A stretch of 64,000 nt of DNA from Rhizodiscina lignyota. Lineage: Eukaryota. Of the stretch, positions 1 through 13,228 are shown in pieces. The stretch lies in assembly GCA_010015805.1 (NCBI GenBank), contig ML978123.1, forward strand, positions 1 through 64,000, in the 5' to 3' direction. The first letter of the stretch is position 1; each line of letters begins with the position of its first letter. The translations under genes and the position numbers were made by a program. The notes under the pieces are model-generated. The model had not been told where the DNA came from. It saw only the letters and a program-made list of their open reading frames with translations, and did not search any database.

Positions 1-1107
1 TGAAAAGATCAGTCAGCTTCGATGCGAATAGATTCGATGCAAATGGTTCAATATCTGAAGTCTACTCCGACCGTCGCGTCGGAGCGCCACGCTGAGGCTT
101 CAGTGCTGTGTTTGGCATAGCTCCGGATTTGGATTGGTGCTGTTGAACGCAGGGGCAGCGGATAGAGGGAAAGACACGGGGCAGATTAGCCGAGCGATTG
201 CCTTCGCAAACAGAATGGCGAGTTTCATATCTGCGAGTACCTGGATGCTGTTTTGCATAAGCAAGGGCAGATCGGCACAATGAATAGTCTTGAAGATGAC
301 AGCGAATGATGGAGTTTTTCAATTTCGACAGGGAAGACCACGTGGCTGAGTCTGGATGAGTTCAGGAGTGTCGAACGCGGCGAAGAATGTCAGAAGGCGA
401 TGTATGCGGCGGTCTTGATGGTTACGAAGCTGTCGCCATCGTGGTGGCAGCTTGCGCTGATGTCGAGCTTGTGCAGGAAATGGTGCAGAAGGACTCGCAA
501 AGGGTGCGGTTCCAAATCCCAAGCACGAGGGTCGCTCGCGTCGATAGACACCGCGGAAAGGAAAGGCGTGGAATAGCTTCTCGCTCATCTTTTGAAGGTC
601 GTTCGATCATTTTGTAAGTAGGAGGCTAGATTAGATATTAAAGGTTCGCTTAACAGCATGCTATTAGCACAATCCAGTAGAGTTGAGACATTTCCATTTA
701 TCTCATTCTTCTGAGAATACAAGACTGGAGACTCCTTAAAGTGAGTGGGCGTTGTCGCTAACTCTGAAGCTCCATTGTGCTCCAGCCATATCGAGCAGAG
801 CATACTGCGCGGAAATGGTGCCGGAAAATCAGGCAAGATCATTGAAAACAGTGAAGCTCTACGATGCTGTAAGTGACCTGACCATGCCGCTGCGCGCAAG
901 GGCTAAAGGAGAGGAGGCCAGGAGCAGGGGGCGGTGCCGGAGAATCAATAACGCGCGCGGAATGAGATCCGGCAAATCTTCGGTATCCTACGTCAAAGTG
1001 TTTTGCCAAGACTACGAAATATAATAACAAACGCGACACCCTCCTCCTCCAGCCTTCTCAGACTCTCGCAAACACGAACAGCACGCGTCCAGCGTCACGC
1101 ACTGGAA

Positions 1108-2080
1108 ATGCAAAGCAATAAACCCAACATCGTCCCCTGCGATAGTTCTCAAGTTCCAGACAAGATTCGCGTCAAAGTGGACAATATGAAGGAAATGAAG
1201 GAAAAGGACGAACAGGAGCAGTCTGAGGTATTATCACGCTGCTCCGTAGAGAGAACTAAGATTACAATCTCAGGCGCGCGGATCTCGTCACCTTCCAACT
1301 AGACAAAGTGCATCCGCCGAAGGACAGAAAGATGGCGAGCAGAAGGACGGTGACGAGGATCCAAAACTCTTGAAGAAGAAGCTGCAGGAATTGGAGGCTA
1401 AGCTTGAGGCCACGAAGGTTGATCTCCTGGCTACGACAAGTGATCTCATGGCCACGAAATATGACCTTGCGGCTACGAAGAATGATCTTGCAGCGACGAA
1501 GAATGACTTCGCCGCGACGAAGAACCATCATGCAGCCACGAAGCGCGAGCTTACCGGTACGAAGAGCCAGCTCATGGCCAAAATGAAGGTAGACACGAAT
1601 GTGATGTACGAGCTCGCGGCTACGAAGAACAATTACGCAGTCATGATCGACGAGTTCACCGCTGTGAGAAGCGAACTTGTGGCCGAAAGGAAGCTGGCCG
1701 CCAGTGTGATGGAGGAGCTCGCGGCTACGAAGAGCGAGCTCGCAGCCCAGAGGAATTTGATGGCAGCTACGAAGTCGGGACTCGCATCTGCCAAGAGTGT
1801 GACCGCCTCTACCATGAACGAGCTCTCGGCTTCGAGGAAGGAGACTGCGGCCGTGCAGGCTGTGCTCGCTGCTACGAAGAAGGATACCGCAGCTCTGCAG
1901 AGGGAACTCTCGGCCAAGAGGGACGAGCTCGTGGCTGTGAACCTCCGCGTTCACCATCTCAATATGGACATGAGGAACCTGAAGATGGAGTTGTCGTCCA
2001 TGCAAGATTATGTTATCTTCATGCATTCCGGAGAAGACGTGCATTCCGACGAGGCAGAGAAGTCTTGTGATCAGCATTAA
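1108..2080 (+). CDS. Heptad-repeat coiled-coil protein (exons 1108-1227, 1274-2080)
   Basis: ATG at 1108. A phase-0 intron 1228-1273 (GTATTA...ACTAAG...CAG) joins MQSNKPN...EQSE in frame to ARGSRHL...KLLKKKLQELEAK. Continuous (D/E)LAATK heptads follow. Confidence 0.7.
1409..2017 (+). repeat. Degenerate 21-bp coding tandem repeat (about 29 heptads, consensus ATKxDLA)
   Basis: Recurrent gc(g/t/c)acgaag with 21-nt spacing. Translation reads ATKVDLL ATTSDLM ATKYDLA ATKNDLA ATKNDFA ATKNHHA ATKRELT... Confidence 0.85.
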
Positions 2081-3357
2081 ACGTGACATTAAAGAGCATC
2101 ACCGTGCTCAACGGGAAGTGTCAATGGGAGAGATCTCACCGAATTGGCTGTCGATTATGGCGGTGAACTGGGAAGCAGGTATGAACAGCACATGATGAGG
2201 GACATAACGAAGGTCGGGCAGTATTCTATCCCAGAGTTGTTGATAAGGACTCTGCATAGTGTCTTAACACTCAATAAGACTTCAACCTTCGTTGGTAAAG
2301 CTTTTGAAAAGAAAAAATAGTGTTTACATGTTCCGTGACTGTACAAAACCAGAATGCTCCCTGAATGGGACCTCGCTAGCCATGGCAACAGAGTACCAGA
2401 ACACGTGAAAGCCCACATCTTAGTCTATTCCCTTGACAGTAGGAGAATTGATTCCTGGTGGCGGGCGAGTAATGGTCCAATGTGTCTGCAACAATCTGGA
2501 AAGCCCTCAGATGAGGTGAATGAGGTGAATCAGATTTGTCATGACCGTACCTGCACGTGCGGAGTACAGGGTTTCAAACCAACAATCGTACTTTAGCAAT
2601 ACCCAACCTCGTATCATCACTCTTCCGATTCTACCAACTTTCAGCTACATAGTCTACATGCGTGTTCGTGTGTGCTCCAGCTTATTGGCAACTCAATGTG
2701 ACTGTTTCTGCTGGAAAAAGACGCCAGTTTGCCAGTCATTAAAAACTTCTCCTGCGGAACGCGGTCTCTTCTCCCCCGACAGATGACATCCATGGACCAT
2801 AAGCTCGCGAAGAATACCTCACAGCCTAAGTCTCTCCCAATATCGCAATTCCTCCAAATGGGTGCCTTATATAAGTTTCAAGCAGTACCATAATCCTAAT
2901 GGAGGAAGAGTCTCGGGCTGACATCACAGCTCTCGGTGAGCGCCTGACATAATACGCTGACCCTTTCCACCATACAAGCGAGCAGGGCAAGTAGACTGAT
3001 TTGAATATATTTGCGTTTTGGATTCGTTATACGTCGACCGCTATTTCTCTTGTGGAGATTCTGGTTAAGTACTTGGATACACCACGCGCTATATCCTTTT
3101 CTTCTTCATACAGGCCTCGCCGGGCTGAAATAAGAATTCGAACCAAGGCTATTTAGAAGTAAATCGAAGGCACGTTCCGCGAAAACTTGACTCCAAGTGT
3201 TATGCAGGAATCGAAGTGGCATTGACCCAGCACCGCAGCTTACAGCAGTACCCTGATCAGTACTGTCTTCCCAGCACACCAGCATCGCATTGAAATACTA
3301 TACTAAATCATAAGTTTTCGGATTGCATCGCGTGGTCATCTTTCGCAAAAGCTCAAT

Positions 3358-4959
3358 ATGGCAAATTGGATATCCAACATTGACCTCTGGACTATCACAC
3401 CTCGTCTATGCCTAGCAGTGAGTGAAGTCCATGTCTACTTTATCTCCCGTATGCACGCTCTGATTCCGTCAGTTCCTCATATACATCGCCTCCACAGCAT
3501 TTTACAATGTGTTTCTCCACCCACTCCGCAATTTCCCAGGGCCGAGACTCTGGGCGGCATTCCGCTTACCACAAGTCCTCTGCCGCCTCATGGGAAAGCG
3601 TGCGTTCAAGATGCTCGAGTTGCACGAAAAGTACGGCGACATTGTACGCATCGGTCCCGACCAACTTAGCATTGTCAAGTCCGAGGCATGGAAGCAGATA
3701 TACTCGTACGACCACGGCAAGTACACGTTCAAAAAGCACCCCCGAATGTACTCTTCCTGGGAGGAGTCGCACAACATCGTCGACGCGGCGGGCAAGAACC
3801 ACGCGCGCGTGAGACGCGCACTGCTGCCTGCTTTCACTGACAAGTCGATCAAGGAGATGGAGCCGCTGATCCAGAAGAATGTTGACCACCTCATCGAGTA
3901 TCTCTCTAGTGCGCAAAGGTCCAAGGAGAAGCCGGAGATGTGCTCCGTATACGCATTCACGACGACGGACATCATCACAGACATCGCGTCCCTCCAACGC
4001 CCATACCTCCTCGACACCCTCGACCGCTCACAAGTCATCTTCGCCACATGGACCGAATATTGGCTGCTCCAGCTCGTATGCGCCTTCCGCTACTGGCCGA
4101 CCGCAGACTTCTTCTTTCGTCGTCTCGTACTCACACCCGTCTTGTTCTTCCTCATGAGCGGCAAAATGTCACTCGACAGTCTATCGAAGGAGCAGAGCGG
4201 GAAAGAGAGAACGGACCTCTGGAGCTTGGCCCAAAAAGACGAGAACGGAGACGTAAACTTGTCACCAGCGGAGATTCATGGCAATGGCGAGATCTTGACG
4301 ATCGCGGGGGCAGAAACCACATCGACGACCATTTCCGCGCTGACGTGGTATGCGCTGAAGGCGCCCGACAAGATGGCGAAGCTCACTGCGGAAATTCGCA
4401 CGGCGTTTGAGCGCCCGGAGGGTATCACACTTAACAGCGTCCAGTCCTTACCGTACCTCAACGCAGGCCTTCGGGAGGCGTTGCGCCTGCATCCGGCTGT
4501 GGCAGGGAACCTGCTCAGGATCACGCCCAAGAATGGCGCGACGGTGTGCGGGGAGACGCTGCCAGGAGGTATTGAGATATCCATGCCGCCGTACGCTATG
4601 GGGCATATTCCGTCGTATTGGCAGGATGTGGACAAGTTTATTCCGGAGCGCTGGATTGATCCGCTGAATTCGCCGTACGCGTCGGATAGGCGGGATGCGT
4701 CGCAGCCATTTTCTTTGGGACCGCAGAGCTGTATTGGCGAACGGTAAGTTTTAAGTTAACAACATGGGTGGAATGTACCGAGTGTGTGCTGACCAGATAT
4801 GGCAGACTGGCATGGCATCAAGCCCGCCTCATCCTCACGAAGATGTTCTGGCATTTCGACTTCGTACTCTGCGACGACAAGCAGAACTGGCCCAATCAGA
4901 ACGAGATGATAGGTTGGAGGAGGAACGCGCTGAATGTCGAGGTCCACAGAAGGCCTTGA
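3358..4959 (+). CDS. Cytochrome P450 monooxygenase (Tri11/CYP65-like appearance); exons 3358-3417, 3473-4743, 4806-4959
   Basis: N-terminal TM anchor plus HPLRNFPGP hinge, KYGDIVRIGP, I-helix AGAETT, EALR (ExxR), PERW and heme motif FSLGPQSCIG. Introns GTGAGT..CAG and GTAAGT..CAG keep the frame. Family assignment is by resemblance only. Confidence 0.95.
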
Positions 4960-5702
4960 TACAGGCACGAGAGTGAGAAGACACTTGATCCCCGACGGAC
5001 ATTAAAGATTAGTTATGCTCTTCAATTTAGAGTAGGCGAGAGCATCGTTGAAAGTTCATTATGATTCATATTAGCCCATGTGTATTAAAGCGATGTCTTC
5101 AATAAACAAAACCAGTCTTTGTTGTAGTGACTGCATCGGATGTCAGAATATACCCTTAATTCACCTTAAAGTCTCATCATCATTTCTAAGCCCTACTTAT
5201 CGCATCGAGAATGGGTAACACAATCCTCCGGTATTGCCGTCGATCTCATAATCATTGCCGTGCGAGCAACGTCACATATCCAATTGCACAATGGAAGCAA
5301 AATTCTAGTCAAGACAACATGTATTACGTCGATCACCACCCTCGACTAAACCTGCCAATATACACATTTCGAATTAAGTTCTTTGTGTGAGAAGCCCTCA
5401 ATCCCACCTTCCATCCTGAGAGTACCACCAGATGCAAAAAGAGCAAGAAGTCAAAGACCGACTGAAAAGAAACAACCGAAGAGAGTTACAAAACAAACGC
5501 CAGTATGCAAGAGTTTCCCTTCATTCCCTTTGTGAAGTCCCAATGATTCCGTTTTTGTGCAATGTTGTGCTGTCGCAAGTCAAAAGTTCAAGAAAAGTCA
5601 AAATCCGCCGCGTAATCTCATCATTACAACAGCTTCCATCATCACTTCACCAAGCGTCAAATCAACTCACAACCTGCCCTATCACTCTTCCATATCAGCA
5701 GG

Positions 5703-8700
5703 CTATAACTGCCCGCTAATAACCGCCTCCGTCGCGCTGCCAATATACGCCTTCTTCGCATCAAGCGCAACGCCAAACCTCCTCTCCAGCTCCATCTTAA
5801 CGCTCTTCTTCGTCACAGTCATCAGATCCGCAGCGCGCAGAATATCTCTAATCTCCGCGAGGATGGCATCGTCGCTCGGCAGATTCATCATATCGTGCAT
5901 CTCGAGATTCTCGTTGCCATAGCCATGCATGTACTGGCTGTTCGCAAGGCTAAGCCTCGATCCCGAGTTAAAGCGTGGCATATCGAGCTGCGACATTGGG
6001 CGCGAGGGTGTGCCCATGCCTCCGCCGTATTCAGACGGGGAGCGACCACCGGGTGGGCCGTAACCTGCGAAAGAGCGAGTACCGTAGGAGATGCCCGAGA
6101 CTTCGGAGCGGTCGTCGCGCGCAGTCTGAGCCTCCCAAAGCTCGGCCTGGTATTCCTCCCACTTCTTCTTGGGGATGCTCTTGGGATCGAATTTGCCTTC
6201 ATCCGAAACAATGACTTTCTGGCCCTTTTCACCAGTCACAACACGAGTGTTGCCCCATGAGAAGTCGTCCATATGCCAGAAGGCGAACAGAGGCAAACCG
6301 CAGGAGAAGACGGGTGTAGCGAGGATGTAGATGATCATCCAGCCGATCATCTCCCATTTCCTGCGGAGGATGAAGATGATGGCTTGGAGACCGTAAATCG
6401 CACCGAGGAGAATGAAGGCAGTTATGGGGACGACGCTGCTGTCACGTACGAGCAGCACGATCAGGTAGGCGATGTAGCCAACGATGACAGGTTGCACGAC
6501 GGTGGACAGCAAGTCGAGGAACACGACGAAGCGCATGGAGAAGCAGCAGAAACCGCAAAGTTGCTGCAAGGGGATAAGCTCAATGAGGTTATGTACGGTC
6601 GAGTTGATCCATCTGCGGCGCTGGGACATGAACACCGCCCAGCTATCGGGAGCAATGGTCCAGGCGTGCGCGCGGAAGATGTATTTCGTCTTGTATTTGG
6701 AGTGGAACTTGAGCAGCAGTGTCGTGAGATAACGATCCTCGCCCAAGTGCAGCAGGTTCTTCATGTGCAGGGTATCAACGCGGATTTCTGAGTAGGCTTC
6801 GACGACTTCCTTGCTGACAAAGAGCGGCTTTCCGGTCTCGGCGGCGCGGATGCGGTACATAGAGAAACAACCGGGGAGACAGGTAATGGAACCAAAGAGC
6901 GATTCGAAGGCCTTGGTCAGGTTGTGCGAGATGTAGTATTCATAGACCTGCATCATCGTGATGAACGAGGCTTTTGCGTTGGTTAGAGCAGTTTCACCGC
7001 ACACGCCGACGATGCGAGTGTCGTGGAGGAAGGACGAGACCATGCGAGTAGCGGAGTCTGGAGCGACGACGGTATCGGCGTCAATCTGGAAGAGGAATTC
7101 GTAGAATGTCGGGTTGACGCCGATGATGTTTCGAATCTGGTGATGCATTTCGAGCTCGAGAGGCGTCATGGGCAGGTTGTAGTGGACACGATTGAGGAAG
7201 CGCATGAGTAGCATTTGCGAATCACGCTTGCCACGATTACCAGGCCTGCACAATAAAGTTAGCATCTGGGTGTGCTCATAGTATCAGAGAATAAATGGCT
7301 TACTTTGAGACCTCGCTCGGCTTGCCAACTTTGACGATCACCAAGAACGGGACGATGTGGCCTTGGACCTCGTACAAGCCACTGTAAACCTTACCCATGT
7401 TGTGCTGCTTCATACCCTCACCAAGGGACTCAAAGCTGAGCGGTTCTGGATCTACTGTCTCGCTCACACCAAGAATGTCCAACACGATGCGCGGCGTAGG
7501 CCTATCGTTGCCTTGGCCGATAATCATGCCGTCACAAATAACAACCAGGAGTTTCCTCTTGTCATCATACCTCATCCTCGAGAGAGAGTCAATGGCACGT
7601 CTCAGCGAATCTTCATCCTCAGTATACGCGGGCACAGTACACATGACGAACTTGTCGAGGTTCTCGGGTATGTTTCTCTTGCCAAACTGCAGCGCAGCCA
7701 AGAACTTGAATCCAATGACACTGACGAGCATAATGGAAATTGCGAGCAAGAGGTACTTGGCGAACTGACACTGCGTCGAGTTACGAGTGTCGACGTCACC
7801 GACGTAGAAGAGGTTGTCGAGACAGACCTGTTGTCGGGCCTTAACATCAGCGTTGAGGTTGAGGTCTTGCCAATACTTCGAAATGTCTTGACCGGCACGA
7901 CCAGAGAAGAGCTGCACGACGAGAGGGTCCATGAAATCAGAGTCGGGTGCCTGAGCTGGAGGTTTCTCGCCAGCTTTGTAGCGTGGCTGACGTCCACCAG
8001 GGACATAATCCGTCAAGTCGTACACGCGGCTATTGAGGATTGCAATGGCATTTTGCTTGCTCGCCAGAGTCTTGAGATACGTTGGCGAGAAACCAATGCG
8101 GCCCTTCATGTAGTTTGCCTTGAGGTAAATCTGCTGCTCCCACCACCAATCCGGACGCGAATCATTCGTGAACCAGCGGAAGTCGTGATACTTGGCGTTG
8201 TTATCTGTAGTGCTGATCAAGTTGCCCGAGTTGGTATAGTTGGAATTCTTGTAGTTCAGCTGCACAGCATCGTCGACGCTGCCAGTGACACCATTGCAGA
8301 GAGCAGAGACTTGGACCGGGAAGATGTTGGTTGCATCCGTGCCAGCATATTTCTTCAGAGCCGACTCCGGAACAATGTTCGGATAGTGGACGGGCATGAA
8401 GGCACCGAGGTCGTAGACAATACCACGCATGGCAACGTAAGAGTTGTGGCCGCTCTTGCCGTTGTGACTAGACAATTCCTGCTGCGAAAAGACGTGTTGA
8501 GTGGGGCAGATGAGTTCCGGCAGGCCGATCATGAAAAACAGCACGAACGCGCAGCTGAGCCAGATCAAGAAGTTGATGGCGACCTTTTCTCTCCAGGCAA
8601 CGCGGACGTCTTTACGGGTCATCTTGCCGACGTACCTGATCAGGAATTCGGGGATGAAGAAGGTCATCAGGTAAACGATAAAGACCCATCTCTTCCTGCT

Positions 8701-11453
8701 GCCGGAGATAGGGTGCTCATCAACGACATCCATCTTCGATTCCTGGGTCTTCTCGGCCATCTGCTCCTTGGTGTCGAGGCCACGGAACATGTCACCGCCG
8801 TTGAGAGCGCTTGCACCAGCCTCTGAGCGGAGGTCAATCTCTTTGCTACCGAAGTACTCGGCACCCTTGACGTCGTTGTTGTAGAACGATCCCGGGGTCG
8901 CAGTTTGAGAGTGGTCTATGAGGCGGAGTCGTGAGTCAGTTTTACCAGGCATTCCAGGTGACAGGAAGGCATCGTCGTTAACATCCTCGGACGATCCAGC
9001 ACCCATGTAGCGACTCTGAGCACCTGGCGCAGGGAGAGCGGGAAGGTTGGCGATGTCGAGCCAGACTCTCTCACTCAAGAAGACACCAGTAGTACCAACT
9101 CTGGCCTCATTGCCTGGCCATCTCCTCTCGTCCAGGATCATCTCGGCCTTCTCCTTCTCGCTACCGACGATGACTGTTTCACCCTCGGCAAGACCCAAGA
9201 ACTCGTTGAAAGGCAGAAAAACGCTAAAGTCAGCATTGCGCAGTCTTTGACTGATCTCCGCAATACCAAATGTCTGGACCTGTGTTCGCACGCACTTACT
9301 GTCGAACTGGTTGGCAATCTTTCGATCGTTCGGCTTCAGGCAGAAGACGAAGTAAGAGTTCATGTTGGCAGCATTCAGAGACTTGATGATGTTGGTCAAG
9401 CTGGAGAGGTACTGAGCGCTGACGCCCTGCTCAGAGCCAGGGGTTGTCTTGCCACCGCGACCCGGTTTGCTCTCGTCACTGATATTGCTAAGAGTGTCCT
9501 CATCCTGGCCGAAAAGTTTGCGTTTGGTACCTGACCGCTGTAATTGCTGGAACTTCTTGCGAGACATGCTCGGCATACGCATTGGTTTAGACGAGACGGA
9601 TGCTTGGACGATAGCACTCCTCTCCTGTGGGTGAGACACGGTGTTGAGCGCTTTCTGTCCGAAGAGATCGCGGATGAAGTCGCTGTGGGTTGTCCTGATG
9701 AGGTTCAAAAGGTCACCAGAGATGACTTCTGCGTTTTGCTCAAGGAGACCTTCCGTGGGGTAGTCAACTTCTCCAGCAAAGTGCTTGACCTTGAAGAATG
9801 CGGCAGCATTTGGCGTAGAGAAGTTGGTGCCTGGGGCAACGACGGTGGCAGGACTGACTTCAATGGCAGGGTTGCGGCCATCGAAACGCTTGCGGAGGGT
9901 CTCCACAAGTTGCATGTCAGTCTTACTACGACGCATCTGGTCATCGAGGATAGTCAAAAGTCCGTTACTTGGCTTGAGAAGACCCTTGACAGCATCAGAA
10001 TTATCGTAGTAGTTTGTGATGGGAATGGCCACATCCTCGGACTCGAGCAGATCAGCTGCATGCTGGAAGAAGCTGTCCAAGCAAAAGTTGTACAATCCCT
10101 CGTTCGCTGCGTTGTTGAGAAGTTGATCCAAGGTATAGCCAGTTGAGGATTGGGGAGCAAAACCTGGGAAGTCGACAATTGAGACTGTGTTTTGGACCGA
10201 GTCTTCTGGTGCACAGATCTTCTGGTTAATCGTCTCCGTAACGTAAGCCACGAGCAGCGTATACAGAGTCCTTGCAAGCTCGTCGGCATTTTCACGCGCA
10301 CCGCGAGGATCCAGCATCACTGTTACTCGTTCCCGATGAATGGTTCGCGACTTGTTTCCAAGACTCCTCTCGAGATCGGCGGGTGTCAGGCCCAGGAAAG
10401 CAGCCACAGCTTCTAGCTCTTCCTTGTTCTTAACCACAGTAACATCTTGACCACCTTCATGAGAGTACCCGCCACTGTCGTCTGCTTGTGGCGTGGTCGA
10501 CTTCTCAGTGGTAAAGTCCAATTGACCAAGATGGAGGATTGCTGCAAGAACTTGGCAAATTTCTGCAATGTCTGTCCGTGGAAATTCAAGCTTCCTCAGA
10601 GCAGTCTTGAAGTCTTGGAATTGCTGTGCGTCGTTGATACCAATCTTCATTTGCGTCGGGTGGCCAAGGTACCTCCATCGCTTTCCACCCATTGACGTTC
10701 TGTTTCCAGCATCCATGGTGATGGCACCAGGATTATTCAGAGCCAAGTGGGCCTTCTCGGCCACACTTGTGCCCGCCAGAAGGTAGTAGAATATGTGAAA
10801 GTTGCGTTCTCCGGTCGGTACGGAGGCAACTCGACTGCGTTCAAGCCTGTGGTCGAGTAGCTTTCCACCGACCAAAGTCGGAGCCATGGATGTTGCTGTG
10901 TCATATTGAAGCTCGAAGAACAAACCAGCCTTGGAAGCGGTAAGGGTGGTCGCGCTCTTGGTCGTGGTCAAAGAGTCGAAAACGAAGGAGGCATACGAGA
11001 GCTTTTGGGAAAGTGGAGTGGAAGAGTACGTGAGGATGTTCGACAATGCGTGGGAGCGGAGTGTGGTCTTTCCAGAGCCAGATTCACCACTGGAAGCCTA
11101 TTGTTAGTAAAACTATTCCAAACAAGGCAGGGAGCTTGAGATTGCACCCCAAAAAGGACTTACAGGAACAGTATGGCTTGATTCTCAGCACGATGGCCGA
11201 GTCTTGCCCACACTCGAGATGCCAACTCTCGTGTGGCACCGTATCCACTCTCGTCTGGCTCGCCATTTGCACTCTTGGTGGAGCTCGAGTAGTTGTTTAT
11301 CGCGATGATAGCCTGAGACGAGAGGCGGGAAATGGGGAGATGCGCATGGAACCGGCTCGCGAGATGTGCGGTGAGGTGAGTATCGGACTGGAGATGTGCA
11401 GGAAGCGAAGGTAGCGACGCCTGAGCGTGCTGCGGCGGGCCGCTGAGTGACAT
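5703..11453 (-). CDS. csmA: Class V chitin synthase with N-terminal myosin motor domain; exons 11453-11164, 11089-7304, 7245-5703
   Basis: Splicing creates P-loop GESGSGKT. Also [10 protein letters not shown], switch-[15 protein letters not shown], cytochrome-b5-like segment ([11 protein letters not shown]), GT2 motifs (IDADT, LGEDRYL, QRRRW) and a C-terminal DEK_C-like domain ([13 protein letters not shown]). Introns 11163-11090 and 7303-7246 are GT-AG and frame-consistent. Confidence 0.97.
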
Positions 11454-13228
11454 TGTTGTGGTGGAGCAGGAGTTGCGTCCCCTTGGGGAGCGCTAAACGA
11501 GAGTCTAAACAAACAACAAAACGAATGTCAGAGTGCGAGGCCGTGCAGGATGAGCGTGTAGGTCGAATTTAGGCTGCTGGAGGGCGCACAGCAAAATTCG
11601 AGCGAGCAGTGGGATGAGAGTCGCGGTGTGGAATGGAGGCTATGCCCTGTCAGAAGCCAGACAACAAGGCGTGTTTCGAGGAGAGCCGCGTCGGCCGAGA
11701 GCGAGCGAGTTGCACACGGCGGGAGTGCGTTAACGAACGAGTGGTGCAGTAAGGCAGGAAGCAGGACGCAACGAAGCGGGCGACGTGCGAGTTGAGAATT
11801 GAGAGTGGAGGTGGAGTGAGTGGTGATGGGGAGCAGATTTGTGATGTGCCAGGACACAGCGAGTAGTGCAGGGCAGCGATGTGCAGCGGTGCAAAGCCTG
11901 CCTACCGCTAGTGCCGTTCCCCGGAGCAATGCGCTCTCAGTCTCAGTCGTCGCCACTCAGAATCGATAGAGGCCCCTGGCCAGCAGCAATACCCGCAATA
12001 CACAAATAGGGGGGAGTGCCCATTCAACACGGGCCCGGCGGGTCCAGCTACGACTTTTGCTGCTGCTCAGCCTCAACGCCGGATGATTCTGGAATATTTC
12101 GAAACGTCCCACTTTCTCGCTCTACACACACTACGGCACTGCTGGCCCATCGCCCCGTAAGTCTGCTAAAATACCTGGAACAGCTCACCCTGAGACGACG
12201 CAACACGTAAATCACTCCATCTCCCGACGCTGCAGAGTGCACCGGAAAGAGGCCCAGCAGTTCTGTACATAGGGATGCGGATTGACGGTGAATTACGCGG
12301 CTTGCTGCAGCTCGCAGCAGGCAAAGATCTGGGGTCGATCGGTCGGTAGGAAAGGAGGCGTGCACTCATGCTCCAATTCCATGCCTCCACGCCCGGAAAT
12401 CGTGCGGTCCACGGAGCTGGCCACGTTCCACCGCTCATGCGAGTGCTGCTCCAGCTCCCTACAGCTCTTTCACCAGCCAATTCAGCTTCAGGCTGCCCGT
12501 TCGAGCGCTTTCGTGACGCTGTTTTCTGCGCGTGTAAGCCTCAACAGCCCGCCAAAAATAGGCGGTGATCTGCGAAGCCTCTGCCCTCCCTCAGCCGCGC
12601 CACCACGCGACAGGGAGCAGGCCTGCTTGTTCGACTTGTCGTGCCTCGAACTGGCAGCTCCAATATGCGCACTAGACCGCATGTGACGCTCTGCTCGTGT
12701 CGATTGGCGGCGAGCGCGCGACGCTTCTGCGGCCCGTTGCCCTGGACGGCGGATAAGTTACGCGCTAGTGCGCAGTACACCGGCTTTGTTTGTTACCGCC
12801 AAGCCAGGCCGCTCCAGCAAACCACCACCCACGAGAAACCGACTTCTCTCCTGCACGCCGTGTCACCACCACCACTCCTCTCCGCATCCGCATCCGCTCC
12901 CCTTCCCTTTCTCTCCTCTCCCATCTTGCCCGTTCCGTCGCTCGCTGCATCACCACGTTCGTTTGGCAGACGGCAGCCTTCCTCGCTCCAAGCCTCCCTG
13001 CTGCCACGGAGAGCAAAACAAACCCACCTTCGACCGAGACAAGATCTCACACCTTCGCTTGCGCCTCCCATTCCGCTCGATCCACGACATACACCTTCTC
13101 CGACGTACATACAACTCTATTACACCTCCGAAAAACAGCCCATCTTGATTTGAGTCCTCCGCGAGGACAAACAGACGCGACTGCGAGGCCAAACCCACAT
13201 CCCTGGGCCTCAGGCCACCAGAATCAGC
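11454..13228. promoter_or_regulatory. Bidirectional promoter/5' UTR region between csmA and csmB
   Basis: 1775-bp interval between divergent ATGs at 11453 (-) and 13229 (+), with pyrimidine-rich tracts ahead of each gene. The head-to-head class V/VII arrangement is established in filamentous ascomycetes. Confidence 0.8.

Noticed and set aside
1..900. Possible degraded BTB/POZ-like gene on minus (DPRAW...LRVLLHHFL; FDTPEL fragments)
   Set aside because: Needs several stops and frameshifts, and the resemblance is too weak to support without a search.
1262..2089. 275-aa minus-strand ORF with LRSRELVH repeats
   Set aside because: Mirror of the coiled-coil repeat on the plus strand.
7357..8826. 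489-aa plus-strand ORF
   Set aside because: Antisense shadow of csmA caused by codon bias; no recognisable motifs.
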